Below are positions 18,292 to 28,505 of a stretch of DNA of 64,000 bases, in pieces. Under the pieces are notes generated by a model, which worked only from the letters and a program-made list of their open reading frames with translations, had not been told where the DNA came from and did not search any database. Location: NCBI GenBank assembly GCA_041687695.1, contig JAWLBL010000003.1, positions 87,660 to 151,659 on the forward strand. Direction: 5' to 3'. Each line of letters begins with the position of its first letter. Positions within the stretch are counted from its first letter, which is position 1. Source of the stretch: Myxococcota bacterium. GTDB taxonomy: Bacteria; Myxococcota_A; UBA9042; PHBI01; JAWLBL01. The translations under genes were made by a program, and so were the position numbers.

Positions 18292-21048
18292 TCAGCCCCG
18301 GACCTGGTCCCAGCGCAGCCGCGTCCGCCCGTACAGCCGCACCCGCCGCAGCAGCACGTCCAACACCAGCAGCACCAACGCCAGATACAGCGGCAGGTGC
18401 CACTGCGGCGTGCGCTCGTCCACCGTCGCCCCGCCCGCGTCGAACAGGTGCGCCGGGCTGGGGTCCACGCGCCCCCCGGTCCGCTCCGCCAGATGCCGCA
18501 GCACCGCCGTGTCCGGCGCGCCGCCCGCGTGCTCGGTCGGGTAGGGCCAGGCCACCGTCGCGAAGCTGCGGTGCCGCGCGTCCGGGTCGGCCTTGGGCGC
18601 GTGCTCGCCCCGGACGGTGTACGGCCCGAACTGCGCCAGCTTCAGCTCGCCCTCGTAGCGCCCGGCGGCGGTCTGCCGCAGCGGCACCTGCGTCTCGGCG
18701 CCGTCGGGCGCGATCACCGTCACCCGGCTGTCGAGCCCATCGATGAAGCGGTCCTGCTCGTCGACCGCGTCGACCCCCACCACCAGCCGCCCGCGGTCCA
18801 CCTCGGCGACCATCTGGTAGGTCGGGTCCTCGGTCTCGCTGCGCATCGTGTCGCGGATGACCTGCCGCCACAGCTGCGCGTACCCCGGCCACGACAGCCA
18901 GTAGTGCGCCCACTTGTTCTTCACGTCGCTGGTCCACACCAGCACCTTGCCCAGCCCCAGCCGCCACCGCGCCAGCACCGGCTCGCCCAGGTGCGACGTC
19001 ATGATGACCTCGGCGCGCGGCTTGGCCCGCGTCGACGTGTAGCCCAGCAGCGGCGGCACGCGGTCCATCTGCAGGCCCTTGAACATCTGCAGCCCCCGGA
19101 AGCGCTTGCCGACCGTCGGCCGGAAGCGGTCCTCGACCAGGGCCCGCCGGCTGACCTCGCTCGTCTCCTTGAGGAACAGCTTCGGGATGTTGTCGGCCCG
19201 GTCGGTGTAGTAGTAGCGGCCGCCGCCCTCCTCGGCGATCTGCATCAGCAGCGCCGTGTCGCTGCCGGTGCCCGCGGCCACGGTCGAGATGGTGATGCGG
19301 TCCTGGTAGCTGCGCGCGACCAGCTCGAGGATGCCGGTCCGGTTGGCCTCGCCGTCGCTCAGCAGGATGATGTGCTTGATCTTGGCCTGCGTGGCCGCGA
19401 GCTGCTCGTAGGCCTGGTCCAGCGCCGGAAAGATCGCGGTCCCACCACCCGGCGAGATGGCGCGGATGGCGTCGGTGATGCGCAGCCGGTTGGACGCGCG
19501 CTGCAGCCGCACCACCGGCGTCGGCACCGTGTCGAAGGCGATGACGCCCAGCTTGTCCGAGGGCTGAAGCGCCTCCAGCGTCGCCCGCGCCGCCTCCTTG
19601 GCCAGCTCCATGCGGTTCTGCTGCGCCATCGACCCCGACCGGTCGATGACCAGCATCAGCGCGAGGCCGGGGATGTCCTCCTTCTTCTGCACGTCGAGCA
19701 GCACCGGCAGCACCTTTCGCTCGAGGTGCGTCCCGCCGTAGCCGCCCGGCCCGAAGGCGTTCTCGCCGCCGGCGAAGATGAGCCCCCCGCCCCCGCGCGC
19801 GTAGCCCTCGAGCACCCGCATCTGCTGGGCCGACAGGTTCTCGTAGCCCATCTCGCCCTGCCGCGGCACGTCGCTGATGAAGATGAGGTCGAACGCGTTG
19901 GCGTCCGCCAGCGTCGACGGCACGCCCCGCGCCCCGCGCAGCTCCACGGCGAAGTCCTCGGCCAGCGCCGTCACCAGGTTCTGCCGGAAGCGCTGCTCGC
20001 CCTCGACGTACAGCACCTTCGGCTTGTCGGGCACCCGCAGCGGCAGCTCGAAGCGGTTGTTGCTGGCGAACCGGTCCAAGGCCGGGTCCACGGGCGCGCA
20101 GGCGACGGCCACCCGCTTGTCGCCGCCCTCCTTGACCTTCACCTCCAGCGCCACGTCCGCGTCGCCCACCGCCAGGTCCAGCTCGCGCGTCGCCTCGATG
20201 AGCCCGTCCACCGTCAGCTCGCACTGGCCGGCCATGGCCCGCGTCGCCCGCACCTTGGCCGTCACCGTGAACGGGATGTTCGGCCGCGGCGCCTCCGGCA
20301 GCTCCAGCCCCACGACCATCAGCTCGGGCGGCCGCGGCAGCTCCCCCAGGTCCACCCAGTGCAGCGGGATCCCGAAGCGCGCCGCCGTCTCGGCCTCGGC
20401 CTCCGCCGAGCCCTGCGTCTCCAGCCCGTCGCTCATCACGACCACCCGCGCCAGCGCGTCGTCCGGCAGCAGGCTGAAGGCCAGGTGCAGCGCCCGCTGC
20501 AGATCCGTCGCCGCCCCCGCCTCACCCTCGAAGCGCGCCAGCGGCGGCACCCCCGGCGCGGGCGCCTCCCCCGGCGAACCGCCCGCCTTGACGCCCAGCG
20601 CCACCTCCCGCGCCTGCCCCGCGAACGTCACCAGGCGCACCACGTGCTCGCCGCGCCGCCGCCACGCCTGCTCGACCCGCTCGCGCGCCGCCGCCAACGC
20701 CTCGTCCGGCATCGACTCGCTGACGTCCACCACGAACACCGTCGCCGTGCGCACCGGCCGCGGCTCGACCTTCTCGACCCCCACCAGCGCCAGCGCCAGC
20801 GCCGCCACGAACCCGCCGCGCAGCACCAGCGACAGCGCCTGCTGCACCCGCGGCAGGTCGCTCAGCGTGTGCGCCCGCACCACGATGAACAGCGGCACCA
20901 CCATCAGCGCCCACAGGTACCGCGGGTCGGTCACCACCCACCCGGCCGCCTCGGCCCCCGCCAGCAGCCCCGGCCCCCAGGTCGCGGCCGCCTGCCACCC
21001 GCCCACCGCCAGCCCCAGCGCCAGCAGGTATTGCAGCGACCGCGCCAT
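18292..21048 (-). CDS. Membrane protein with two VWA domains and a glutamine-amidotransferase-like domain
   Basis: MIDAS motifs DVSESM and DRSGSM, LSDG; GGGLIFAGGENAFGPGGY; PVLARWRLGLGKV; N- and C-terminal TM segments. Confidence 0.9.
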   Translation of the reverse strand: MARSLQYLLALGLAVGGWQAAATWGPGLLAGAEAAGWVVTDPRYLWALMVVPLFIVVRAHTLSDLPRVQQALSLVLRGGFVAALALALVGVEKVEPRPVRTATVFVVDVSESMPDEALAAARERVEQAWRRRGEHVVRLVTFAGQAREVALGVKAGGSPGEAPAPGVPPLARFEGEAGAATDLQRALHLAFSLLPDDALARVVVMSDGLETQGSAEAEAETAARFGIPLHWVDLGELPRPPELMVVGLELPEAPRPNIPFTVTAKVRATRAMAGQCELTVDGLIEATRELDLAVGDADVALEVKVKEGGDKRVAVACAPVDPALDRFASNNRFELPLRVPDKPKVLYVEGEQRFRQNLVTALAEDFAVELRGARGVPSTLADANAFDLIFISDVPRQGEMGYENLSAQQMRVLEGYARGGGGLIFAGGENAFGPGGYGGTHLERKVLPVLLDVQKKEDIPGLALMLVIDRSGSMAQQNRMELAKEAARATLEALQPSDKLGVIAFDTVPTPVVRLQRASNRLRITDAIRAISPGGGTAIFPALDQAYEQLAATQAKIKHIILLSDGEANRTGILELVARSYQDRITISTVAAGTGSDTALLMQIAEEGGGRYYYTDRADNIPKLFLKETSEVSRRALVEDRFRPTVGKRFRGLQMFKGLQMDRVPPLLGYTSTRAKPRAEVIMTSHLGEPVLARWRLGLGKVLVWTSDVKNKWAHYWLSWPGYAQLWRQVIRDTMRSETEDPTYQMVAEVDRGRLVVGVDAVDEQDRFIDGLDSRVTVIAPDGAETQVPLRQTAAGRYEGELKLAQFGPYTVRGEHAPKADPDARHRSFATVAWPYPTEHAGGAPDTAVLRHLAERTGGRVDPSPAHLFDAGGATVDERTPQWHLPLYLALVLLVLDVLLRRVRLYGRTRLRWDQVRG

Positions 21049-23018
21049 CACACCGTCACCCGCCGGTTCCAGGTGACCCACTCCAGCGTCACCAGCGCCA
21101 GCGCCGCCAGCAGCAGCACCCGCCACAGGTGCTCCAGCCACGGGTTCACCGGCCGCGACCACGACGGCGGCGGCGTCCAGGCCGGGTACTCGCCGCGCGG
21201 CGCGATGCGGCTCTCCTCGGGGCTCATCAGGTTGACCGCCACCGGGACCCGCGCCTCGGCCGCCTCGCCCCGCAGCTCCCACACCCCGATGCGCTCCACC
21301 GAGAAGTGCGCCCGGTCGGCCACCTTGCGCGCCGCCCCCGCGGCCTCGCCCCCGGGCCCCAGCAGCGCCAGCCGCGTCCCCGCGTGCGGGAACGGCACCG
21401 CCAGCTCGACCCCGGCCCGGTTCGGCTTCAGCAGCCCGTCCTGCTCCTGGTAGAACCAGTTCAGGACGTTCACCACCAGCAGCGGGAACGCGTAGTTCAG
21501 AGGCAGCAGGCTCTTTCGCACGTCGAAGGCCACCATCGCGAAGGCCCGCCGCCCCCCGGCGTCCACCCGCGTCAGCACCAGCGGGCTGCCATCCTTCGCC
21601 GCCGCCACCACCTGGTCGCCCCGCTCGCGCCTCACCTTCGCCGCCTCGGCGATCGCCAGATCCACCAGCTTCAGGTGCCGCGCGATGGGGTGCTTGGCGT
21701 CCACCCGCCCGATCTCCGGCGCCTCCAGCCGCCCGCTCACGTCGAACGGCCCGTCCGGCCGCGGGTCCAGCACGAAGTACGCCCCGGGCCGCGCCATGTC
21801 GACCGACACCCCGTCCACCACGGTCACGTCGAAGCCCTCGGGCCCCCGGTAGTCCTCGGGCGCGACCACCGTGAAGTCGACGTTCTCGCGCACGAACAGG
21901 CTCGCGTGCAGGAACAGGTTCCCCTCGGTCACCAGCTGCACCTTCAGGACCCGCCGCTCGGGCACCAGGGCGAAGGCCACGTCGTCGCGCGCGAACACGT
22001 CGTGGGCCGCCTCGTCCGACGCCAGCTCGACCCGCGCCGCCAGCCGGCTGCCCGCGAACTTCACGTCGCCGATGACGTCCTCGAGCACGCCGCCCGCCGG
22101 CAGCTCCAGCGCGTGCGTGCCGACCAGCCGCCGGTCGTCCAGGAAGTCCTCGGGGCCGCGCCCCTCGTCGTTGGCGTACAGGAACAGGTTGGCCTTCAGC
22201 GGCCGGTCGCTCTCGTTTTTGACCGCGAAGAAGATGGCGTAGGTCAGGCTGTCGTCCAGGTAGGGCCGCACGTTGAAGCTCTGGAGCCCGACGTTGACCC
22301 GCTCGGCCGAGGGGGCCTCGCCCACCGGGACCACCTTCAGGGCCAGCGCCTGGGCGCGCTCGGCGGCGATGGGCGCGAAGGCGCGGTCGGTCACGAAGAC
22401 CACCTCGGCCTCGGCGCGGCCGGCGATGGCGGTCTCGGCCAGGCGCAGCGCGTCCTCGACCTGCGTCGGCGTGTCGGCCGGCGCGGCCACGGCGTCCACG
22501 GCGGCGTGCAGCCTCTTGCGGTCCGCGGTCCACAGGGCCAGCGGCCGCACGCGCGCGTCGACCTGCACGACCATGGCGCGGTGGTTCGGGTTGTCGCCCA
22601 GCTGGTCGATGACCCGGTGCGCCGCCTCGCGCGCCCGCTCGAGGCGCGTCAGGCCTCCCTCGAGCGCGGCCATCGAGGCCGAGGCGTCCATCAGGATGAG
22701 CGTGTGCCGCTCGGGCGGCGGCCTGGGCGGCTCGTACCCGCAGCCGGCCGCGGCCGAGCCGTCGCCCAGCGTGGGGTTGCCCAGGGCCAGCACGACAAGC
22801 GCCAGGATCGCCAGCTGCAGCAGCAGGCTGAGGACGCGCTTGAGCGCCCGGAACAGCGCCGAGGCCTGCCGCTCGCTGGTCACCCGCGCCCACAGCGGCC
22901 CGAAGGGCACCTCGACCTGCCGCCGCCGCAGCTTGAGCAGGTACAGGACCACCAGCGCCCCGCCGAACAGGCCGAACAGGGACAGCAGATCGCCCATGGG
23001 CAGGCCGGTGAAGGTCAC
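21048..23018 (-). CDS. BatA N-terminal + VWA domain membrane protein
   Basis: LYLLKLRRR..LW BatA motif, DASASM MIDAS, C-terminal ESRIAP..LW..LEW; GTG start overlaps the upstream TGA. Confidence 0.9.
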   Translation of the reverse strand: MTFTGLPMGDLLSLFGLFGGALVVLYLLKLRRRQVEVPFGPLWARVTSERQASALFRALKRVLSLLLQLAILALVVLALGNPTLGDGSAAAGCGYEPPRPPPERHTLILMDASASMAALEGGLTRLERAREAAHRVIDQLGDNPNHRAMVVQVDARVRPLALWTADRKRLHAAVDAVAAPADTPTQVEDALRLAETAIAGRAEAEVVFVTDRAFAPIAAERAQALALKVVPVGEAPSAERVNVGLQSFNVRPYLDDSLTYAIFFAVKNESDRPLKANLFLYANDEGRGPEDFLDDRRLVGTHALELPAGGVLEDVIGDVKFAGSRLAARVELASDEAAHDVFARDDVAFALVPERRVLKVQLVTEGNLFLHASLFVRENVDFTVVAPEDYRGPEGFDVTVVDGVSVDMARPGAYFVLDPRPDGPFDVSGRLEAPEIGRVDAKHPIARHLKLVDLAIAEAAKVRRERGDQVVAAAKDGSPLVLTRVDAGGRRAFAMVAFDVRKSLLPLNYAFPLLVVNVLNWFYQEQDGLLKPNRAGVELAVPFPHAGTRLALLGPGGEAAGAARKVADRAHFSVERIGVWELRGEAAEARVPVAVNLMSPEESRIAPRGEYPAWTPPPSWSRPVNPWLEHLWRVLLLAALALVTLEWVTWNRRVTV

Positions 23019-23965
23019 CGCAGCAGCCCTCCCGCGCGGAACATCTTCAGGACCAGCTCCTCGAAGGGCTGCTGGGCCGACGTCCGGAAGTACGGCACCT
23101 GCCGCGCCTTGCAGAAGGTCTCCAGCTCGCCGCACCAGCCCTCGAAGGCCTGCCGGTAGCGCTCGAGCACCCGCGGCGTCACCGTGACCTCGCGCTCGGC
23201 GCCGGTCTCGCAGTCGACCAGCACCAGATCCCCGCGCAGCTTCGGGTCCAGCTCGCGCTCGTCGGTCAGGTGCAGCACGAACGGCTCGAATCGGTGATGG
23301 CGCAGCAGGTTCAGCCCCGCCTCGTAGCCGTCTGGCGCGTAGAAGTCGCTCAGCACGATGGCCAGCCCGCGCCGCCGCGTCGCGTGCACGAAGGCCTTGA
23401 AGGCGTCCTCCATGCGCGTCTGGCCCCCCGGCTCCAGCCCGGCCAGCAGCTCGAACAGCCTGAAGATCTGCGCCTTGCCGCGCGCCGGCGCCGTGCGCGT
23501 GCCCAGCGCCTCCGAGAAGGCCACCACGCTGACCCGCTCCATGCTGGACAGCGTCACGTACGCCAGCGCCGCCGCCAGCCGCCGCGCCTGGTCCAGCTTG
23601 GCCTGGTCCGGCGCCGCCATGGACGCCGACGCGTCGACCAGCAGGTAGACGTACAGGTCCTCCTCTTCCTCGTACTGGCGCAGCAGCAGCTTCCCCAGCC
23701 GCGCGTACACGTTCCAGTCGATGTTGCGGAAGTCGTCGCCCGGCGCGTACGAGCGGTGGTCGGCGAACTCCAGCCCCGCCCCCAGCTTCTTCGAGCGCCG
23801 CTCGCCGCGCGTCTGGCCCGCGTAGGCCTTCTTCGCGACGATGTCCAGGTACTCCAGCTTGGCCATGAAGGCCTCGTCGAACAGCGCCGCCTGCCGGGCC
23901 GCGCGGTCCGGGCGCCCCGGCGCGCGCCCCCGCGCCTTCGCCTTGCCGAACAGGCCGAAGGGCAT
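23015..23965 (-). CDS. DUF58 domain protein
   Basis: GLEFADHRSYAPGDDFRNIDWNVYAR, DASASM and SDF motifs. Confidence 0.93.
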   Translation of the reverse strand: MPFGLFGKAKARGRAPGRPDRAARQAALFDEAFMAKLEYLDIVAKKAYAGQTRGERRSKKLGAGLEFADHRSYAPGDDFRNIDWNVYARLGKLLLRQYEEEEDLYVYLLVDASASMAAPDQAKLDQARRLAAALAYVTLSSMERVSVVAFSEALGTRTAPARGKAQIFRLFELLAGLEPGGQTRMEDAFKAFVHATRRRGLAIVLSDFYAPDGYEAGLNLLRHHRFEPFVLHLTDERELDPKLRGDLVLVDCETGAEREVTVTPRVLERYRQAFEGWCGELETFCKARQVPYFRTSAQQPFEELVLKMFRAGGLLR

Positions 23966-23968
23966 CGG

Positions 23969-24961
23969 CTAGGCCTTGTCCGAGGTGGCCTTCAGGATGG
24001 CGTCCAGCAGCGCGTCGGTCGACACCCCCTCGGCCTCGCCCTCGAAGTTGCGGATGATGCGGTGCCGCAGGGCCGGCCGCGCCACGTGCCGGATGTCGTC
24101 TCCCGACACCGCGAAGCGCCCACCCAGCACCGCCCGCACCTTGGCCGCCACCACGATGGCCTGCGCGCCGCGCGGCGAGGCGCCGAAGCGCACGTACCGC
24201 TTGACCGCGTCGGGCGCCTCCTTGCGGTCCGGGTGCGTCGCCTGCACCAGCCGGATCGCGTAGTCCTGCACGTGCCGCGCCACCGCCACGTCCATCGCCA
24301 GGTGACGCAGCGACATCACCCCCTCGCGGTCCAGCACGGGCTTGACCTCGGGCTCCTGCCAGCCGGTCGTGCGGTCCAGGATCGTGTGCAGGTCCTCGTG
24401 GCTGGGGAAGTCCACGTGCAGCTTGAACAGGAACCGGTCCAGCTGCGCCTCGGGCAGCGGGTAGGTCCCGTCCATCTCCAGCGGGTTCTGCGTCGCCAGC
24501 ACGAAGAACGGCTCGTCCAGCTGGTGCGTCGTCCGCCCGATGGTCACCGAGCGCTCCTGCATCGCCTCGAGCATGGCCGACTGCGTCCGCGGCGTCGCCC
24601 GGTTGATCTCGTCGGCCAGCACGATGTTCGCGAAGATCGGGCCCTTCTGGAAATCCAGCACCGTGTGCCCGCGCTCGTCCTGCACCGCCACCTTGGTGCC
24701 CGTGATGTCCGACGGCATCAGATCCGGCGTGAACTGGATGCGCGAGAACTCCAGCGCCAGCGCCCGCGCCAGCGTCCGCACCAGCCGCGTCTTGCCCAGC
24801 CCCGGCACGCCCTCGAGCAGTGCGTGCCCGCCCGCCAGCAGCGCCGTCACCACGCCCTCGACGATGTCCTGCTGCCCGACGATGACCTTGCCGATCTCCG
24901 CCTTCAGCCGCGCCGTCCGCTCCGCGAAGGCCTCCACCCGCTGCCGAACCTGCTCCTCCAC
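23969..24961 (-). CDS. moxR: MoxR-family AAA+ ATPase
   Basis: LEGVPGLGKT, RIQFTPDLMPSDITG, LADEINRATPRTQSAMLEAMQE, TQNPLEMDGTYPLPEAQLDRF; GTG start at 24961 with GGAGG RBS. Confidence 0.95.
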   Translation of the reverse strand: MEEQVRQRVEAFAERTARLKAEIGKVIVGQQDIVEGVVTALLAGGHALLEGVPGLGKTRLVRTLARALALEFSRIQFTPDLMPSDITGTKVAVQDERGHTVLDFQKGPIFANIVLADEINRATPRTQSAMLEAMQERSVTIGRTTHQLDEPFFVLATQNPLEMDGTYPLPEAQLDRFLFKLHVDFPSHEDLHTILDRTTGWQEPEVKPVLDREGVMSLRHLAMDVAVARHVQDYAIRLVQATHPDRKEAPDAVKRYVRFGASPRGAQAIVVAAKVRAVLGGRFAVSGDDIRHVARPALRHRIIRNFEGEAEGVSTDALLDAILKATSDKA

Positions 24962-24981
24962 ACGCCCTCCGCTCGCGCCCC

Positions 24982-26976
24982 TCAGCGCGGCCGAATCAAG
25001 TCGAAGTACCGCCGCACGTACTGCCGCTGCCCGGCCGGGATGCGCTGCTCCTCGAGCCGCTCCTCGACCACCCCGCTGTAGTCCTGATGGACCTCGCGCC
25101 ACTGCCGCGTCGCGAACCCCTTCTTCGCCGCCGTGAACACCACCCGGCTCTGGCTCGCCCCCGCGCCCTCGCGCCCGGCCACGAACCCGTCCTTGGTCTT
25201 CACGTCGTTGTCCGTCTTGTCGCCCAGCACCCGCGGGTCGTGCCCGGTCCCGACCCCGGACCCCGGCTGCTCGCCGTCGCCCCCGTCGCCGCCGCTCGCC
25301 GGCCGCGCCCCGCCCGGCCGCCCCCCCGGCGCCGCCCCCGGCCCCAGCAGCAGCATGTCGCCGCCCTTGCCCTTGCCCTCGCTCAGCATGGTGATCGGGT
25401 CCTGGCCGCCCCCCTCCTCGCAGGCGCCGCCGTCCTGCCCTTGCGACCCGCTCTGGCCCTTCTGGCCGGCCTTCTGCCCGCCGCTCTTGCCCTCCGGGCC
25501 GTCCTGCCCGCCCTTGGCCACCTGCTCGAACCGCTTCATCTTCCCGCCGGGCCCGTCCTCGCCGCTCTGCCCGTCGCCGCCCTGCTGCCCGGCCCGCCGC
25601 AGCATCTCCTTGATGTCGACCATCCGGCCCTCGGCCGCCCGCATCTGCTGCCGCCCCTGCTGCTGCTCGGCCATCCGCCGCAGCATCTCGGCCGCCTTGC
25701 GCATCGCCTCGGCCGTCTGCGCGTCCAGGCCCTGCCCGCGCTGGCTCAGCTGCTCGGCCGACCGCCCGGTCTCGCGCTGCAGCCGCTCCAGCGTCCGCCG
25801 CGCCTCGCTCTGCGCCGCCTGCTCGCGCTCGAGCCGCTCCAGCTCCCGCCGGTTCTTGTCCAGCCGGCTCCGGTCCCGCGGGCTCAGCCGCTCGCCCAGC
25901 CGCTGCTCCTTCTTCTTGAGCCGGCTCTGGTCCTTCTTCAGGCGCTCCTGCTCGCGCTGCCGCTCGCTCTCGAGCGACCGCGACAGCTGCTCCATCTCCC
26001 GCGCCAGCGCCTTGCGCTCCTTGTCGCTCATCGGCTCGCGGCCCTTGGCCTCGACCTTGTCGGCCAGCCGCTCCAGCTCCCGCGCCGCGTCCTTCCACGC
26101 CTGCTCCCGCAGCGCCTGCAGCGCCCCGTCCAGCGGCTTGTCGCCCCGCCGCTTGCCCAGCTGCTGCTCGGCGGCTCGGCTCACCTGCGCGGCGGTCTCC
26201 TCGAAGCCCTCGCCGACCTCCTCGGCCCACTCCTGCCGCGCCTTGTCCAGCGCCGCCATCTTCGCGTGGGCCTCCCGCGCGCTCAGCTTGCCCTCCTGCA
26301 GCGCCCGGATGAGGTCGTTCAGCTCGGCCAGAAAGCCCTTGGCCCGCGGATCGCTGGTCACGGCCAGCACCTCGGCCAGCTTCTCGGCCTCCTCCTCCAG
26401 CCGCTCCTTGTCCTCTTCGACCAGCTGCGGCCGCGCCCGCGCCGCCATCGGCGCCATCGTCAGCGGCCGCAGCGCCCGCCCCTCGTCCTCGCCGACCGTC
26501 CAGGTCATCGCGACCGCGCCACCCAGCGACAGCCCCGAGACCGCCAGCCAGCCCAGATAGGCCGGCACCAGCCACGGCGCCGCCAGCTTGGGGCTGGCCA
26601 GCGTCACCACCTTCGCCGCGTCCTCGATGGCGGCTCTCTGAAACGCCGTCGGGCTCGCCTCGCGCGAAAAAGCCAGCGCCGACCCCAGCCGGTCGTGCAG
26701 CCCGCCCGCCGCGTCCAGCCGCGCGGCCGCCTCGATGTCGTCGACCCGCCGCAACAGCCCGCTGATGAAGGCCAGCCCCGCCAACCCCGCGGCCCCCATC
26801 GCGATGGGCCCGAACCGCGCGACCTCCAGCAGCTGCGTCTTGACCAGCACCGCGGCCACGGCGACCACCGCCAGCCCGACGGCCCCGGCGACCACCAGCC
26901 GCTGCGTCCCGGTCTGCAGCCGAAGCCGCCAGCGCACGCGCGCCGCCAGCCTTCGAATCTGCTGCAAGTGCTGCAT
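24982..26976 (-). CDS. Membrane-anchored coiled-coil protein, first gene of the MoxR operon
   Basis: N-terminal TM helices, LHDRLGSAL motif, long E/Q/R-rich coiled coil, Gly/Gln-rich tail ending IPAGQRQYVRRYF; GGAGG RBS. Confidence 0.85.
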   Translation of the reverse strand: MQHLQQIRRLAARVRWRLRLQTGTQRLVVAGAVGLAVVAVAAVLVKTQLLEVARFGPIAMGAAGLAGLAFISGLLRRVDDIEAAARLDAAGGLHDRLGSALAFSREASPTAFQRAAIEDAAKVVTLASPKLAAPWLVPAYLGWLAVSGLSLGGAVAMTWTVGEDEGRALRPLTMAPMAARARPQLVEEDKERLEEEAEKLAEVLAVTSDPRAKGFLAELNDLIRALQEGKLSAREAHAKMAALDKARQEWAEEVGEGFEETAAQVSRAAEQQLGKRRGDKPLDGALQALREQAWKDAARELERLADKVEAKGREPMSDKERKALAREMEQLSRSLESERQREQERLKKDQSRLKKKEQRLGERLSPRDRSRLDKNRRELERLEREQAAQSEARRTLERLQRETGRSAEQLSQRGQGLDAQTAEAMRKAAEMLRRMAEQQQGRQQMRAAEGRMVDIKEMLRRAGQQGGDGQSGEDGPGGKMKRFEQVAKGGQDGPEGKSGGQKAGQKGQSGSQGQDGGACEEGGGQDPITMLSEGKGKGGDMLLLGPGAAPGGRPGGARPASGGDGGDGEQPGSGVGTGHDPRVLGDKTDNDVKTKDGFVAGREGAGASQSRVVFTAAKKGFATRQWREVHQDYSGVVEERLEEQRIPAGQRQYVRRYFDLIRPR

Positions 26977-27115
26977 GCTCAGCCTCCGGACCGGCGCTCG
27001 CCGCCCAGTCCCCGCGCGTGGTCTCGGCCCAACGGACAGCCGCCGGCCCCGATTCCGCTCGCCACGATAGCAGGGCCCACGCCCCGAGAGCAGGAACGGG
27101 CCACCCCGCCCTCCG

Positions 27116-28258
27116 TCACGTCCCGACCTTCCCCGCCACGAACCCCGCCCCCAGCTCCTCCCGCGCCACGAACAAGTTGTGCGCCTGACAGACCACCCGA
27201 AGGTTCTCCACCGAGTGCGCCCCACCCCTCGCAAACGCCTCTACGTGATGCAGCTCCAGCCGCCTCGTCTCTCCACACCGCCCCCCCGGCCCCACGAAGG
27301 TGCACCGCAACCCATCCCGCGCCACCACGGCCCGCCGGATCGCGACCGGAATCGCCCGCCCGCGCCCACCGGCCTGCCCGGCCGTCTCTCCAGCCTGCTC
27401 GACCGACTCGCCGGCCTGCCCGACCGACGCTCCACCCTGCTCGACCGACTCGCCGGCCTGCTCGACCGACGCTCCGGCCTGCTCGACCGACTGCGGCGCC
27501 TTCCCCGCGCCCTTCCTGGCCTTCGGCCTGGCCCCCACCCCGAACCGCTGCTTCTTCTTCGCGGCCAGGAACACGTCCAGAGCCAGCTCCAGCAGCGTCT
27601 CGTAGTCCCCGGCCGCGACCTGATGCCCGGCGATCGCCATCGCCTCCTCCAGCTTGGCGGCGACCCGGGCCCCGATGGTGACCTGGACCCGATAACGAGC
27701 CTCCGAGAGCGGCTCGATCCGATGTTTGGGCCTGGGCCGCTCCAGCGACAGCTCCGTCGTCCCGGCCGACTCGACCCGCTTCGCCGCCCCGACCTCTCCG
27801 CCCCGGGGCGGAGGCGGCAACTTCACGACGCGCGCCGGCACGTCCGGCCGCGGGGACCACCTCGCCACCAGCTCGACCAATTCGCGCTTGCTCTTCCCGG
27901 CTGCCTCGGCCAGCCGCTCCGTGACGTTCCGCTCGCTCAAGTGCGGCCCGATGACTCGCAGGCCGCTCAGGCTGAGCCGCCCGTCGGCCAGCATCGCCCC
28001 CATCTCCGGCCACCGCCGCACCCACTCCACGGCCTTGACGTAGTTGTAGGCCTTGTCCTCGGCGAACCCCCACCGCGTCCGGCACCACTCGAAGAGCGAC
28101 GGGCTCCCGTCCCGCAAGTGCAGCTCCCGCCCGGCCACCTCGGCCAACAGTACGACCAGGTTGGCGGTCGTTCGTCGCTCCAGCGCCACCAGCTCACCGA
28201 ACCGCTCGACCAGCCCCTCGTCGGACAACTTCCCCAGCACTTCCAAGCCCTTGCTCAT
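27116..28258 (-). CDS. HNH endonuclease with DUF222-like N-terminal region
   Basis: C-terminal RRAVVARDGLRC..C...LELHH...GG....NL...C.AHN; N-terminal LSD..L..L...ER...L..L.EV and SLFEWC helical region. Confidence 0.9.
   Translation of the reverse strand: MSKGLEVLGKLSDEGLVERFGELVALERRTTANLVVLLAEVAGRELHLRDGSPSLFEWCRTRWGFAEDKAYNYVKAVEWVRRWPEMGAMLADGRLSLSGLRVIGPHLSERNVTERLAEAAGKSKRELVELVARWSPRPDVPARVVKLPPPPRGGEVGAAKRVESAGTTELSLERPRPKHRIEPLSEARYRVQVTIGARVAAKLEEAMAIAGHQVAAGDYETLLELALDVFLAAKKKQRFGVGARPKARKGAGKAPQSVEQAGASVEQAGESVEQGGASVGQAGESVEQAGETAGQAGGRGRAIPVAIRRAVVARDGLRCTFVGPGGRCGETRRLELHHVEAFARGGAHSVENLRVVCQAHNLFVAREELGAGFVAGKVGT
27366..27492 (-). repeat. 21-bp in-frame tandem repeat (about 6 copies of SVEQAG(A/E)) inside the HNH gene
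   Basis: Repeated cctgctcgaccgac(t/g)c units; protein QSVEQAGASVEQAGESVEQGGASVGQAGESVEQAGETAGQAG. Confidence 0.9.
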
Positions 28259-28285
28259 CCCGCAGCCCTCCCATTGACTGACGGC

Positions 28286-28294
28286 AGTATAGCA
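28286..28294 (-). promoter_or_regulatory. Extended -10 promoter (TGC-TATACT) of the HNH gene
   Basis: The minus strand reads TGCTATACT, then GGGAGG RBS and ATG at 28258. Confidence 0.6.
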
Positions 28295-28505
28295 CGGGGG
28301 GTCTCGCCCCTTCGCAGCGACCCCTGGACGGCCGTTCAGGCCCTCCGGACACCCCGCGACGACCCTTCCCCCTGATCAGCGCCGCCAGGACCCAACAGAG
28401 GCCCCTCCCAGCCCCCGTCCGACCCCGACCCCCGATCGGCCGCGGAAGGCCCCGAAAATCCGTCAACCACTATTTGCCTCTCCGCCCCCTCGCGATGTCG
28501 ATTTT

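Noticed and set aside
7834..26575. Apparent fusion ORFs in the track (7834-11640, 11699-14917, 13624-16692, 17540-20224, 18292-22893, 23969-26575)
   Set aside because: Only the C-terminal parts are real. The N-terminal extensions are R/P/G-rich off-frame readings of the upstream gene, and internal starts with RBS or signal peptides exist.
27116..28258. IscB/Cas9-like RNA-guided nuclease assignment
   Set aside because: No PLMP or RuvC motifs are visible; only a C-terminal HNH domain is present.
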